From contig CAXXXF010000006.1 of NCBI GenBank assembly GCA_963667175.2, positions 416,001-480,000 of the forward strand: a stretch of DNA of 64,000 nucleotides, given 5' to 3'. The stretch comes from Candidatus Latescibacterota bacterium (lineage in GTDB: Bacteria; Latescibacterota; UBA2968; GCA-2709665). A program made the position numbers and the translations under genes. Positions within the stretch are counted from its first letter, which is position 1. Each line of letters starts with the position of its first letter. Shown here piece by piece: positions 30,054-40,416 of this stretch. The notes beneath the pieces are model-generated. The model worked only from the letters and a program-made list of their open reading frames with translations, was not told where the DNA came from and did not search any database.

Positions 30054-30923
30054 CTATCCTCGCCAATCCACGTCGATGCTCGTATAGCCATGGGTATATT
30101 TCTTCAAGTGTTCCGGCAGATTCTCCAGAAACCATCGTCCGGATTGCGGGATCTCCCACGGAACGTCGATTCTGTGCCCGCGGTCCCTGAACCCGATGGC
30201 GCACGACAGTCTCGTCTCCCCTGTCCGGTTGGGAAACGCGCCGTGGTACGTCCGGTGCGCAAATACGATCATATCGCCACCCTGCGTAAACAACGGCACA
30301 AGCCCGGGAATGTCAAACCCGGCGTAGGGTCGCTCTTCCCCGCCTTCGGGGTAGAACGACCGCCTGTCCGCCGTCATCCTGAACCCCTCCGGCCCTTCCC
30401 AACCGCCCACGTGGGAATCTTCGATGACACACAGTCCGCCATGTACCGGGCGGGACCCCGTCAGGTAGAACCACTTGCCCGACGGCCAGTGACCGCGGTT
30501 CAAAACATCGCCGGAATTCCTGATCTTCGTAGAAAACCCGCCCCAGTCCGTATGCCATGCCACGGGTTGGGACCCCGGCATCCTGATGATTGCGGCCGAC
30601 CGGTGTACGGTCAACTCGTCGGTACCGATCAGATGGCGATGAATGGCCATGAACGGTTCGTATTCCAGGAGCGACCATGCGCCGGGCCCGGATTCGATCC
30701 ACGCGTGGCGTGTACGACTCTGACCCGGCGCCAGCGCGCCCTCCGGATCCGTGCCGTCGTACACGGCCTGCTTCAGCCGCTCAACCCAGTCAGGAGGCAG
30801 CACGTCCTTGATGACCGCAAACCCGTGCGCCTCCAGACATTCGCTCATTGCGTCCAGATCCTCAATCCCGAACTCGTACTGATATTCAACGTCGGGTTTC
30901 TGCACGTGTGAATCGTCTTCCAT
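30054..30923 (-). CDS. PhyH-family Fe(II)/2OG dioxygenase, canonical HxD
   Basis: HGFAVIKDVL, WHTD, GGLCVIEDSH, GDMIVF, YHGA.PN, TRL. Confidence 0.88.
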   Translation of the reverse strand: MEDDSHVQKPDVEYQYEFGIEDLDAMSECLEAHGFAVIKDVLPPDWVERLKQAVYDGTDPEGALAPGQSRTRHAWIESGPGAWSLLEYEPFMAIHRHLIGTDELTVHRSAAIIRMPGSQPVAWHTDWGGFSTKIRNSGDVLNRGHWPSGKWFYLTGSRPVHGGLCVIEDSHVGGWEGPEGFRMTADRRSFYPEGGEERPYAGFDIPGLVPLFTQGGDMIVFAHRTYHGAFPNRTGETRLSCAIGFRDRGHRIDVPWEIPQSGRWFLENLPEHLKKYTHGYTSIDVDWRG

Positions 30924-30974
30924 CTCACTCTCGCTTTGGTTCAACCGCGTTGTGTGACCGGAAATGACAGCCTC

Positions 30975-31784
30975 TCAATCCCCAATGGCCGTGCGCATCG
31001 TTGGATCCGCCGAACTCAGAAAGTGGTCCACTGTATTCCGGGTTGCAGGCCGGGTACGGAAATCGGCGATCCATGGCTCGCGAAACCAGGCCCGCTTCTC
31101 CCTCGGCAAACCGTTCAAAACAACGGGAGGCACGTTCAGCCGGTGCCAATGCGTCGCCAGGTGTGAGTAGGCGTGCAACACGGCGATACGCGGCGTATCG
31201 CGAGTCCACTCGGGGCCGACGTGGCACACGTTCTCGGTGAAAAACACCGCGCTTCCGGCGGGGCAGGCATATCCCATAAGGAATGGGCTCCGCTTTCCCG
31301 GCTCCATCGAAAGGTGGTCGGGATGCATGTCAAAATTCGCCTTATGGCTGCCGACGATGAAATGCGTGCCTCCATCTTCCTGCTGCACTTCCGTCAGCTC
31401 GAAGACCACGCGCACCATGCCAGCGTGAATCCGCCCGTTCTGGCATCGATATCCGAATATGGGATCGATCTGGCTCGGACCGCCTCCGTGAAGCCCCCCG
31501 CCGTGAGACTCTCCCTTTTTTCTGACTACGCAGTAGCACCCTTCCATCCGGATCTCAGGCCCGATGATCTCGTGCAACACCTCCACGACTTTCGGGTGAT
31601 CGATCAATAGACTGGACGCCCCCCCTGGAACGGTACGGTGTTCGGGCGGCAGGGAGTCCGGATCGTGGACGATGCGATCGATCTGCTCGACGATGGATGC
31701 AATCTCCTCCTGATTCAGAATGGCGGGACGCACCAGAAAACCCGTCAGATCGAACCGGAATTTCTCTTCATCCGTCATTCCCAT
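30975..31784 (-). CDS. PhyH-family Fe(II)/2OG enzyme, HGG variant
   Basis: MTDEEKFRFDLTGFL, LHGGG, GGTHFIVGSHK, AGSAVFFTE..CH, PRIAV; GGAGGA RBS. Confidence 0.88.
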   Translation of the reverse strand: MGMTDEEKFRFDLTGFLVRPAILNQEEIASIVEQIDRIVHDPDSLPPEHRTVPGGASSLLIDHPKVVEVLHEIIGPEIRMEGCYCVVRKKGESHGGGLHGGGPSQIDPIFGYRCQNGRIHAGMVRVVFELTEVQQEDGGTHFIVGSHKANFDMHPDHLSMEPGKRSPFLMGYACPAGSAVFFTENVCHVGPEWTRDTPRIAVLHAYSHLATHWHRLNVPPVVLNGLPREKRAWFREPWIADFRTRPATRNTVDHFLSSADPTMRTAIGD

Positions 31785-31977
31785 CTCGATTCCTCCTGAG
31801 TGTGGTTCGGTATTGGCCAACCATACCGCAATATATCCAAACACCCTTCGCTTGCAAACTCCCTTCAAGGGGTCCCGGCCCGGGCCCGAAAACAGCTTTC
31901 AACCAGGCGCCAGGATATTATCTTGTCTCCGTACAGCACAGCCGCAAAGGATGATGGAAAGCAGGGGAGACGAACGG

Positions 31978-34494
31978 ATGGGCGACGACAAACGTCAATG
32001 GGTACACCCCGCCGGATTCGTGGACGTGGCGACCCTGGAAGAGATCGGGCGGAAAATTCGGACCCACGACTGGGCAAAGAAAGCGCTGGGACAACTGAGG
32101 GAGAGTGTCCAACCCTGGCTGGCGCAGCCGCTCGAACGCATCGAGTCGCTGATGCCGAAACGGAAGATGCAGGTGTACTGGCTGCTGATGTGCCCGCGAT
32201 GTCGCGAGAGAATGAGGTTCTATCCGTTCAACGACCGTGAAGTCACCTGCCTGAATTGCGACGAAACCTATCCGCTGAGCCAGCAGTCGACGGCGGTGCA
32301 TCTGACCGGCAGGTATTACGGCACGCTGTACGAAGGCTGGGGCTGCTCCTTCATCCAGGCCATGGCAAACGCGGCACAGCAACTTGCATTCCTGTACGCT
32401 CTGGGCGCGGAACGCAGTTACGCGGAAAAGAGCGCCGGGATCCTGAAACTATTCGCGAGAAATATCCAATCCCTGCCCGTTCAGGGAAGCGGTACCCAGC
32501 ATGTCATCTGGACCTATAATATGGAAGGCGACTGCGTCATCGTGCTGGCGCTGGCGGAAGCCTACGAACTTCTGAGATCGTCGGCCGGCCTGTTCACCAC
32601 TCAGGAACACCGTCAGATCCGGGAAGACCTGCTCCGGCACTGGGCCGATGCTGTCTTTCGCGTCGAAACGGACAGCAGCCCGCGCCACAACGGCATGTTC
32701 GCCTATCTGAGTTCCGTGGCGATGGTGGGCTGCGCGATCGAAAGCGCGGATTACGTGGACTGGGCGTTCGGTCATCGGAAATACGCCTCTGAACGGCGCC
32801 CGCGTCACCGGGGTATCCGCTGGCTCACCCGGAACAACTATCTGGCGGACGGGGCATTCTGGGGTCTGTGCAGCGCCTACCACCTGTACGCCCTGGGTCC
32901 GAACTGCCGTGCGCTCGTACTCGGTCACAGGCTTTCACGCCAGATGCCGGACCTGTTCCCGCCTGACGTCTACGATGAACTGAACCCGGGCAACGACAGT
33001 TACCGAAAGGTGCGCGGCGCCATCAAATGGTTCACCGCCCAGGCATTTCCCGATCTGACGGTTGCGCCCACCGGAGATATGGGAGGGCGCGCCAGTCTTG
33101 CCAGTTATCCGCTCACGGCGGAAATCGGATATCGCTACCTGGACACTGAAGAAACGGGTTCGTACCGCGAACTTCGAGAAGGCGACAGAGGATTGACCGG
33201 ACTCCTTTTCGGGGCGGACGCTATAGAGAAGCAACCTGTGCCCTATCGGAGCGCCAACCTTTCCAGCGGGTACGTGGCGTTGAAGCGGGAGGCCGGAGGC
33301 AACCGGCTGTACGCCGGTCTGAACGCGCTCCTGCCCGGATCCGGTCACGCCCACGGGGATCGACTGAATCTCATCACCTACTCGCACGACCGGATGCTGA
33401 CCGGCGAGAAGCGCACCCGGTACGAAGACCCCGATCAGCGCATATATAGCGGGGCGTCGTACGCACACAATACGGTCACCGTCGACGAAACGTCGCAGGT
33501 TCACGGCGACGCACTGACGGGAGACCGGGTCCCGCACATCCGTACCTTCGTCGACCTTCCCGCAGGCCAGGTGGCCGAAGCCCACGGTGACCGGGTGTAT
33601 GGACAGACGGATATCTACCGCCGCATTCTGATCCAGGTCGACGCCTACCTGCTGGATATCTTCCGTGTGGAGGGCGGAGGGACACACGACTGGTTCTATC
33701 ACGGTATCGGAGAGGAACCGGAGATCGGTCTGTCGATGAAGGAAGGAAGCGGATTCGAACCGGCCCTCTACGTCAGGAGGGGCGAACCGCGATACATGGA
33801 AGGTCCGGCGGAGAAATCGTTCGCGGCGACCTGGCGCGTGCCGCCGGACCCTGAATCTGGTAACGGCGCCACTCGATCCCACGTATTCAACCGGGTGACG
33901 GTGTCCGGTTCGCGGGGACAGGCTGCCTACATGCTGAACACCTATCCGGACCCGGGAAGGCACAGCCTGATGGTCCGCCATCGGGAGACTGCGGCGCCCT
34001 TTGTCGCCGTCCACGAGGCCTACGTTGAGAGACCCGTGGCCACGGACGTTCGGATGCTGCCGGGGAATGCGGCCGCGGTGGTCCACGTCGAACACGCCGA
34101 CGGCGGAAGCAGGCAGGCGATTTACGAGACCGGATCGGGACCGGGGGGGCTCCGGCTGGACGGGCGTTTCGCATCGATATGCCGCGACGCCGCGGGGCGG
34201 GCGTTGAGCATCCTCCTGGTGCACGCGACGGAATTCGGTTCGGGCGGAATCCGAATACGGTCGCGCAGTCCCGTCACTCTCTCGGCCGCCTTCGAGGACG
34301 ACGCGATCCAACTGGTGTCCTGTCCGGCCGTGGGCTATGAAACGCTGGAGGGCCGGCCCGTGTACGACATTGGCCACGACGCGGACGTCTGTATCGAACT
34401 CCCGCCGGAGGGGGCGCGGGCAGGGAGAAAGATAGATGCCCGGTTGCCGGCACAGACCGCGAGTGGGCCGGTCAGCATCGAAGTGTCGAGATAA
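31978..34494 (+). CDS. Heparinase II/III-like protein, no obvious signal peptide
   Basis: CPRC...CLNC, RHN, DGAFW...AYH.Y, GHAHGD, AHNTVTVDE. Confidence 0.8.
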   Translation: MGDDKRQWVHPAGFVDVATLEEIGRKIRTHDWAKKALGQLRESVQPWLAQPLERIESLMPKRKMQVYWLLMCPRCRERMRFYPFNDREVTCLNCDETYPLSQQSTAVHLTGRYYGTLYEGWGCSFIQAMANAAQQLAFLYALGAERSYAEKSAGILKLFARNIQSLPVQGSGTQHVIWTYNMEGDCVIVLALAEAYELLRSSAGLFTTQEHRQIREDLLRHWADAVFRVETDSSPRHNGMFAYLSSVAMVGCAIESADYVDWAFGHRKYASERRPRHRGIRWLTRNNYLADGAFWGLCSAYHLYALGPNCRALVLGHRLSRQMPDLFPPDVYDELNPGNDSYRKVRGAIKWFTAQAFPDLTVAPTGDMGGRASLASYPLTAEIGYRYLDTEETGSYRELREGDRGLTGLLFGADAIEKQPVPYRSANLSSGYVALKREAGGNRLYAGLNALLPGSGHAHGDRLNLITYSHDRMLTGEKRTRYEDPDQRIYSGASYAHNTVTVDETSQVHGDALTGDRVPHIRTFVDLPAGQVAEAHGDRVYGQTDIYRRILIQVDAYLLDIFRVEGGGTHDWFYHGIGEEPEIGLSMKEGSGFEPALYVRRGEPRYMEGPAEKSFAATWRVPPDPESGNGATRSHVFNRVTVSGSRGQAAYMLNTYPDPGRHSLMVRHRETAAPFVAVHEAYVERPVATDVRMLPGNAAAVVHVEHADGGSRQAIYETGSGPGGLRLDGRFASICRDAAGRALSILLVHATEFGSGGIRIRSRSPVTLSAAFEDDAIQLVSCPAVGYETLEGRPVYDIGHDADVCIELPPEGARAGRKIDARLPAQTASGPVSIEVSR

Positions 34495-34564
34495 CGCCGG
34501 TCCGGCAGGCTCAGTATCCTCGTCAGGTGTCCGATCAGGCGACGTCCGGCTGCGTCTGGCGCGT

Positions 34565-35533
34565 TCACTTCCGACTGCCGCTGGCGTCCTGGATTTTCGG
34601 ACTGCCGGGCCCCACCGTATTTCGAACCGCGAAACAGTCTTCGCGAGACAGGCATTTCCCCGCCGCTCCCACGGCTTCGGCGATCTGGTCGGGCGTCTTG
34701 ATCCCGCAGACGGCCACATGAATCGCCGGATGCATCAGCGTGGCGGACAGCGCCAGCTGGTAGATCGTGAGGTTGTTGCGTTCCGCGATCGGTTTCAGGC
34801 TTTGCACCTTCGCGCACAACTCCCTGAACCGGTCTCCCTGAAAATCAGGATGATTCATCCTGAAATCCTCAAACGTCTCGTCTCCGGAGTACTTTCCGCT
34901 GAGCAGTCCCTTGTGCATGGGTGAATAGATCATCACCCCGATATTCTCCGATTGGCACCAGGGCAACAGGTCGTTCTCCCCGGCAGGTTCAATCAGGCTG
35001 TACGGAGGCTGTACAACGTTATACGCGCCGAAGCGGCGCTGGGCCCGGCACTGCTCGACGGAATGGTTGCTCACCCCGTATGACCGGATCTTTCCCTGAT
35101 CGCGAAGTCTCTCCAGGGTTCCCGCGATATCGGCGAGCGGCGTCATCGGATCGTACATGTGAAGCAGATAGAGATCGATTGTCTCGATTCCCATCCGTCC
35201 GAGCGATACGTCGCAGCGCGCCATGACGTGTTCGGGTGAAAGATCCGGATACCGGGAACCGTCCGGGTTGAAGTGGTTGAACACTTTGGTCGCCAGCACG
35301 AGTTCGTCCCTCGGCAGATCCCTCACGACCTCGCCCAGCACGGTCTCGGCATACCCATCGCCGTAGGCCTCCGCCGTATCGAAAAAGTTGATTCCGCGAT
35401 CGAACGCGAACTTCATCGCGGCCATCGCGTCGTCCTTCGACTGCGGCCCCCAGAACCGGGGACTGAGTTGCCACGTGCCGACGGCAATCGGGGATACCGA
35501 AAGGCCGCTTTCGCCAAGCACGACACGGTCCAT
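34565..35533 (-). CDS. Aldo/keto reductase
   Basis: GINFFDTAEAYG, LATK, IDLYLLH, GKIRSYGVSN, YSPM..GLLSGK. Confidence 0.96.
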   Translation of the reverse strand: MDRVVLGESGLSVSPIAVGTWQLSPRFWGPQSKDDAMAAMKFAFDRGINFFDTAEAYGDGYAETVLGEVVRDLPRDELVLATKVFNHFNPDGSRYPDLSPEHVMARCDVSLGRMGIETIDLYLLHMYDPMTPLADIAGTLERLRDQGKIRSYGVSNHSVEQCRAQRRFGAYNVVQPPYSLIEPAGENDLLPWCQSENIGVMIYSPMHKGLLSGKYSGDETFEDFRMNHPDFQGDRFRELCAKVQSLKPIAERNNLTIYQLALSATLMHPAIHVAVCGIKTPDQIAEAVGAAGKCLSREDCFAVRNTVGPGSPKIQDASGSRK

Positions 35534-35604
35534 TGTCGTTCCTCCCATCATCGACCGACGTCCTGATTCTCTCTCGTCAAACCCGCACAGCGCGGGCGCC
35601 ATCG

Positions 35605-36681
35605 CTAATCGGCTGCGCGGACGCCTGCTTCTTCCATCGTACCGAGGCCCAGCCCCCTCAGGTCAGCCACCGTGTCCGTTTCCTCCGCCTCGTACAGTTT
35701 CCAGATCACCTTGAGCCCTTCGAGGCTGGATACAGGGTCGGTCAACGGCTTCCGGCCGGTCTCGATACAATCAATAAAGTGCGCCATCTCCACTTCCGTC
35801 GGTTTGGCGTGCTTTTCTTCCATCAACACGATCTCCCGCTGACCGGGGTCGTGCTCGCCGGGTACGTGTTTCTCGACGTCACCCAGGTACACGACCCGTC
35901 CCGTGCGCAGATGCAGTTCCACCATGCCCTTCTCGCAGTGCGCGTGAAAGGAATATCCGAGTCGCGTGCCCCGGGCCCCCCAGGTGCCGAAGTGATATCC
36001 CAGGATGCCGCCCTCGAACTCTATGCTGACGTTACTGGTTCCCTCTCTCTCCATCCACGGCGTACCTCGATTGGTGCCCAGGTGCACGCCCTTCACCGGC
36101 CTGCCAAGCATCCACAACATCAGATCGATATAGTGGCAGCCGTGGCTGAAGAATTGCCCGCCTCCAAGGGTTCCTGCCCTGCAGTGCCAACTCTCCGGCT
36201 CACGCTGGGTGTGTTGTTCGGTCCAGATCGATAACTGGAAGACCTCGCCGAACGTCTTGCTGTCCACCACTTCCTTGAATTTCAGAACCAGCGGATGAAA
36301 CCGCATACAGTAGGCAACCATCAGCACACGGTCGTTCCGCTGCGCGGCTTCGATCATCTCCAGGCATTCCCGCTCGCTGTTGGCCATCGGCTTTTCCACG
36401 AGCACGTGCTTGCCCGCGTCCAGGCACCGGACCGTTACGGGATGGTGGAGATGATGGGGCAGCACGACGAGTACGGCGTCGACGTGATCCAGTACCTCCT
36501 CATAGTCGGCGGCAACCACGGGGTCATTGGGAAAGTGTTCGGCCACCGCCCGGGCCCGCTCGAGGTCGATATCCACCACCGCCGTAATCTCGACCCTGTG
36601 GAGCACCTCGCTCATGCGGCTGGCGTGGGACCGGGCCATGCCGCCGCAGCCGATGATTCCAACCCGTGTTCTCCGTGTCAT
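35605..36681 (-). CDS. Gfo/Idh/MocA family oxidoreductase
   Basis: VGIIGCGGMA, PHHLH, GKHVLVEKPMA, GGG..SHGCHYID. Confidence 0.95.
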   Translation of the reverse strand: MTRRTRVGIIGCGGMARSHASRMSEVLHRVEITAVVDIDLERARAVAEHFPNDPVVAADYEEVLDHVDAVLVVLPHHLHHPVTVRCLDAGKHVLVEKPMANSERECLEMIEAAQRNDRVLMVAYCMRFHPLVLKFKEVVDSKTFGEVFQLSIWTEQHTQREPESWHCRAGTLGGGQFFSHGCHYIDLMLWMLGRPVKGVHLGTNRGTPWMEREGTSNVSIEFEGGILGYHFGTWGARGTRLGYSFHAHCEKGMVELHLRTGRVVYLGDVEKHVPGEHDPGQREIVLMEEKHAKPTEVEMAHFIDCIETGRKPLTDPVSSLEGLKVIWKLYEAEETDTVADLRGLGLGTMEEAGVRAAD

Positions 36682-36744
36682 CTCCCTTTCCTCCGTTTTT
36701 TCTCGTTCAAATTCAGATTCCGTCGCCGTCGTCCCATTCGAAAA

Positions 36745-36864
36745 TCACTTTACCCGTCTCCCCGCGACCCTCATTTCGATGACTACCTGTCCGGGCCCCG
36801 GTTCCGGGCGATTGAAATCCCTGACTTCCACGTTACTGTCGCCAAGATAGACAACGCCCCTCAT
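36745..36864 (-). pseudogene. N-terminal stump of a Zn-dependent (MDR) alcohol dehydrogenase
   Basis: MRGVVYLGDSNVEVRDFNRPEPGPGQVVIEMRVAG, then similarity ends where xCGSD is expected. Confidence 0.7.
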
Positions 36865-37142
36865 ACCCTCATCTCCCAAGAATTGAATTCGCCGGTTTGA
36901 TTGCCTATCTTTGTACCCCGTCGTCCGGATGTCATGTCCGAACCGCCACTTCCGATTTCGGCCGCGATACATCGCATCCCCTTCCTCGCAGAAACGGGAC
37001 CGGGGATGGAAGCGGGATTCCCGCCACGGCAGCGTAGCAATGATACTGCGAACCCCGATCGTTCGCAAGGAGACATTGCAAGCGAATACCGATAGGTCAG
37101 GGGTTCCGTCGGGTCGGAACATACAAAGAACAGGAGAATCCC

Positions 37143-38873
37143 ATGCCTGAAACGGTACTGTCCGAACCACGACATACAGTGTGCGTAGAACGTAATATTC
37201 CCGTGAAGATGCGAGACGGCGTTGTCCTTCGAGCCGACGTCTACCGCCCCGAAGCCCGGGGCCGGTATCCGGTCATCCTGGAACGGGTTGCCTACGAACT
37301 GGTCGGCCGGTGCACGTCGAACGGCGAATTCTTCGCGAGCCGGGGATACGTCTTCGTGGGACAGAACGTACGGGGCGTCTTCGCGTCGGAGGGGGACTGG
37401 AGACCCTTCCGGGACGACGGTTGGGGCGCCAACCGCGACGGATACGACACCATCGAATGGGCGGGCGTCCAGCCCTGGTCCAACGGCAACGTGGGGATGG
37501 CCGACGGTTCCTACTCCGGATTCTCACAGTACATGGTTGCTCCGACCCGGCCGCCGCACCTGAAAGCGCTCTACGTGCGGCAGGGCGGACCTGACTATTA
37601 CAGCGGCTTCTGGTACCGTTACGGCGCCTACTCGCTGCCCTTCCAGAAATGGGCGATGCAGACCCTTCTGGCGCAGTTGGAACACGAAAGCGCGCCGCCG
37701 GGTCTGGAGGCCGAGACGGCGCGTCTTGCAACGGCACTCGATGAATACGAAAGCTGGGAGCGGCACCTCCCGCTCAAGTCCTTTCCGCCGTTGGACGGGC
37801 TTCTGGACTGGTACTTCGAAGACCTGCGCCATCCCGAAGACGGACCCTACTGGTGGCCCACCAACGTCACGTCGAAATTCGGGGAGATCGAAACACCCAT
37901 GCTTCATTTCGGCGCGTGGTTCGACGTCTTCCTGGACGGAACGCTGCAGTGCTTCCGGGGCATTCGAAAAAACGGCCGTACCCGGGCCTGCCGGGAAGGG
38001 CAGCGCCTGCTCATCGGACCCTGGATCCACGGTCCGGGAAACGCCGCAAAACGCGTCGTCGGCGAACTGGACTTCGGCCCGGAGGCGGCGTTCGACATGA
38101 ACGCGCACCGTCTGCAATGGTACGATTACTGGCTGAAGGGAATGGATAACGGAATGATGGATGGCCCGCCGGTACGCATCTTCCTGATGGGAAAGAACGA
38201 GTGGCTGGACCTGGACGACTGGCCGCCGCCGGGCGTCACGTACCGGACTGCGTATTTGCGGGAAGGTCCCGGGAAGAATGAGAACTCGCTCAACAACGGC
38301 GGCTTGACTTTCGACGCTCCCGAGACCGCCGAACGTCCGGACAGCTTTTCGTACGATCCGAACGACCCCATGCCCGGGCTGCGTTTCTATCCCACGCTGG
38401 GGCCCGTGGACCATCAGCACCTGGAAAGCGGCATGCTCACCTATACCTCTGCCGTGCTGAAGCGCGACCTGACCGTCATCGGGCCCGTCAAGGCAATTGT
38501 ACACGGCCTGTCGTCAGCCCCGGATACGGACTGGGTGGTCAGACTTTGCGACGTCTGGCCGGATGGCCGGTCCATGCCCGTCTGCGACGGGATCCTGAGG
38601 GCGCGATTCCGCAACTCTCTGCAACGCCCTGAACTCCTGATGCCGGGAAAGATCTACAGATTTGAAATCGACATGTCCGCCACGGCGCAGGTATTCCAAT
38701 CGGGGCACTGCCTGCGGGTGGAAATCACAAGTAGCGATTTCCCCCGGTACGATCGAAACCTGAACACGGGAGGGCCCTTCGGCGAAGAAGCCACCGGCCA
38801 GGTTGCCGTCAACACGGTCTTTCACGACGCAGACCGGCCGTCATACGTCGTCCTGCCCATTGTGGACGACTGA
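37143..38873 (+). CDS. CocE/NonD family hydrolase
   Basis: MRDGVVLRADVYRP, DGYDTIEW, GSYSG nucleophile, WFD, IGPWIH, SSDFPRYDRN. Confidence 0.96.
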   Translation: MPETVLSEPRHTVCVERNIPVKMRDGVVLRADVYRPEARGRYPVILERVAYELVGRCTSNGEFFASRGYVFVGQNVRGVFASEGDWRPFRDDGWGANRDGYDTIEWAGVQPWSNGNVGMADGSYSGFSQYMVAPTRPPHLKALYVRQGGPDYYSGFWYRYGAYSLPFQKWAMQTLLAQLEHESAPPGLEAETARLATALDEYESWERHLPLKSFPPLDGLLDWYFEDLRHPEDGPYWWPTNVTSKFGEIETPMLHFGAWFDVFLDGTLQCFRGIRKNGRTRACREGQRLLIGPWIHGPGNAAKRVVGELDFGPEAAFDMNAHRLQWYDYWLKGMDNGMMDGPPVRIFLMGKNEWLDLDDWPPPGVTYRTAYLREGPGKNENSLNNGGLTFDAPETAERPDSFSYDPNDPMPGLRFYPTLGPVDHQHLESGMLTYTSAVLKRDLTVIGPVKAIVHGLSSAPDTDWVVRLCDVWPDGRSMPVCDGILRARFRNSLQRPELLMPGKIYRFEIDMSATAQVFQSGHCLRVEITSSDFPRYDRNLNTGGPFGEEATGQVAVNTVFHDADRPSYVVLPIVDD

Positions 38874-38902
38874 AGTGCGGTTCCGCGTATGCCTCCGGCG
38901 GT

Positions 38903-40366
38903 TCATGCTTCCGGAAACACGTTACAACCCGGCGGCGACTTCCAGAAATCCGCCAGGTCGTGTTCCACGGCGCCGGCCCACCGGCGCAACACACGCCTCC
39001 CCTCGGCCCGCCGTTGCAGCGTTGGCCCGATCGATCCCCCGTCCCAGCCCTCCCGGACCCTGGCCAGGAGTTCAGCCTTCACCTCCGCGCAGTCCGGGTC
39101 GCGCGCACGATCCTCAAACTCCACCGGGTCTTCCGCGAGATTGAACAGCTGCGGTTCATCGTATCCGTGATAGCTGTTCAATTTCCACGGACCCTGCCGG
39201 ACCATCCGTCCGGGCGGCTCATCGGCGCCGCCGTAATTCTCCGAAAGTACCTCATCCGCCCAACCCTGCGGCGGCTCGCCGCCCTCGAGAAAACACCTCA
39301 GGCTCCGTCCGGCGACCTCCGGCAGGGGTTCTCCGCCGGCCAGGTCGATCATCGTGGGGCCGACGTCCATCAGACTTGCCAATGCATCCACGCGCCTTCC
39401 TTCATCGAATCGCCCGGGAAACGACGCGATCATCGGAACGCCGACAGACCCCTCGTAGAAGCTGCTCTTCCACCACATCCCGTGCTCGCCGGCCATCTCG
39501 CCGTGGTCCGAGAGATAGATCACCGCGGTGTTGTCCGCGAACGACGTCGAGGCCAGCGTCTCGATCAGCCGGCCGATCAGACCGTCCATAAACGTGACCA
39601 GGCCGTAGTAGGCCGCGCGAGCCCGGCGTACCGCGTCATCGCCCAGTCCGTTCACGCCGCGCTTCTCGCGCCAGAGCCGGATCGCCGGATGAAGCCGGTC
39701 CAGGTAGCCCTCCGGTACGGCAGGAACCTCCACGCGAGGGTAGTACTCTTCGTACAGGTCCCTGGGACAGATGAAGGGACAATGCGGAAGCACGTACCCC
39801 ATGACCAGGCAGAACGGTCTATCGTGACCAGTCCGGTCGCGACGGGCGATAAACTCACGGCACGCGTCCGTGACCGCCACGTCGTACGCCTGGTAGGCCG
39901 TGCGCCCGGGTCCGGAAATTTCGACCGAGTTGCGGGATTGGCCCGTTGTCCCCGTGGGGATATGCCCCAGATCGGGACCCGGGCCGCCCGGAATTGGACC
40001 GGAAACATCTCCTATAATACGCGATTCGAATCCGTGTCGCTGATCGGGCCCCACAAAATGCATCCTGCCGCCCAGCACCGTTTCGTATCCCGCCAGCCCC
40101 AGACCATGCGCGAAGGTAGGGACGTCGGACCTAAGAAAACAGGCATTGGACCACACTTCGATGTCTGAAGAATGACGGCCCGTGAGAAAGGTCATACGGG
40201 AAGGCACGCAAAGCGGTGACCCGCAATAGGTGTTTTCGAACAATACGCCGCGTCCCGCCAGAGCGTCCAGGTGCGGGGTACGGACGATTGGATCCCCGGC
40301 GCAACCCATAAACCGCCGGTTGTGCTGGTCCGACATGATGACCAGAAAATTCGGTTGATCCGGCAA
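38903..40366 (-). CDS. Sulfatase (choline-sulfatase-like)
   Basis: PNFLVIMSDQH, CVPSR, GRMH, PHCP, SDHGEM, KSSFYEGS. Confidence 0.95.
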   Translation of the reverse strand: MPDQPNFLVIMSDQHNRRFMGCAGDPIVRTPHLDALAGRGVLFENTYCGSPLCVPSRMTFLTGRHSSDIEVWSNACFLRSDVPTFAHGLGLAGYETVLGGRMHFVGPDQRHGFESRIIGDVSGPIPGGPGPDLGHIPTGTTGQSRNSVEISGPGRTAYQAYDVAVTDACREFIARRDRTGHDRPFCLVMGYVLPHCPFICPRDLYEEYYPRVEVPAVPEGYLDRLHPAIRLWREKRGVNGLGDDAVRRARAAYYGLVTFMDGLIGRLIETLASTSFADNTAVIYLSDHGEMAGEHGMWWKSSFYEGSVGVPMIASFPGRFDEGRRVDALASLMDVGPTMIDLAGGEPLPEVAGRSLRCFLEGGEPPQGWADEVLSENYGGADEPPGRMVRQGPWKLNSYHGYDEPQLFNLAEDPVEFEDRARDPDCAEVKAELLARVREGWDGGSIGPTLQRRAEGRRVLRRWAGAVEHDLADFWKSPPGCNVFPEA

Positions 40367-40416
40367 GACAGGCCCCCTCGTCTTCAGGCCATTAATTCAT
40401 GAAACGGAACAAACAT

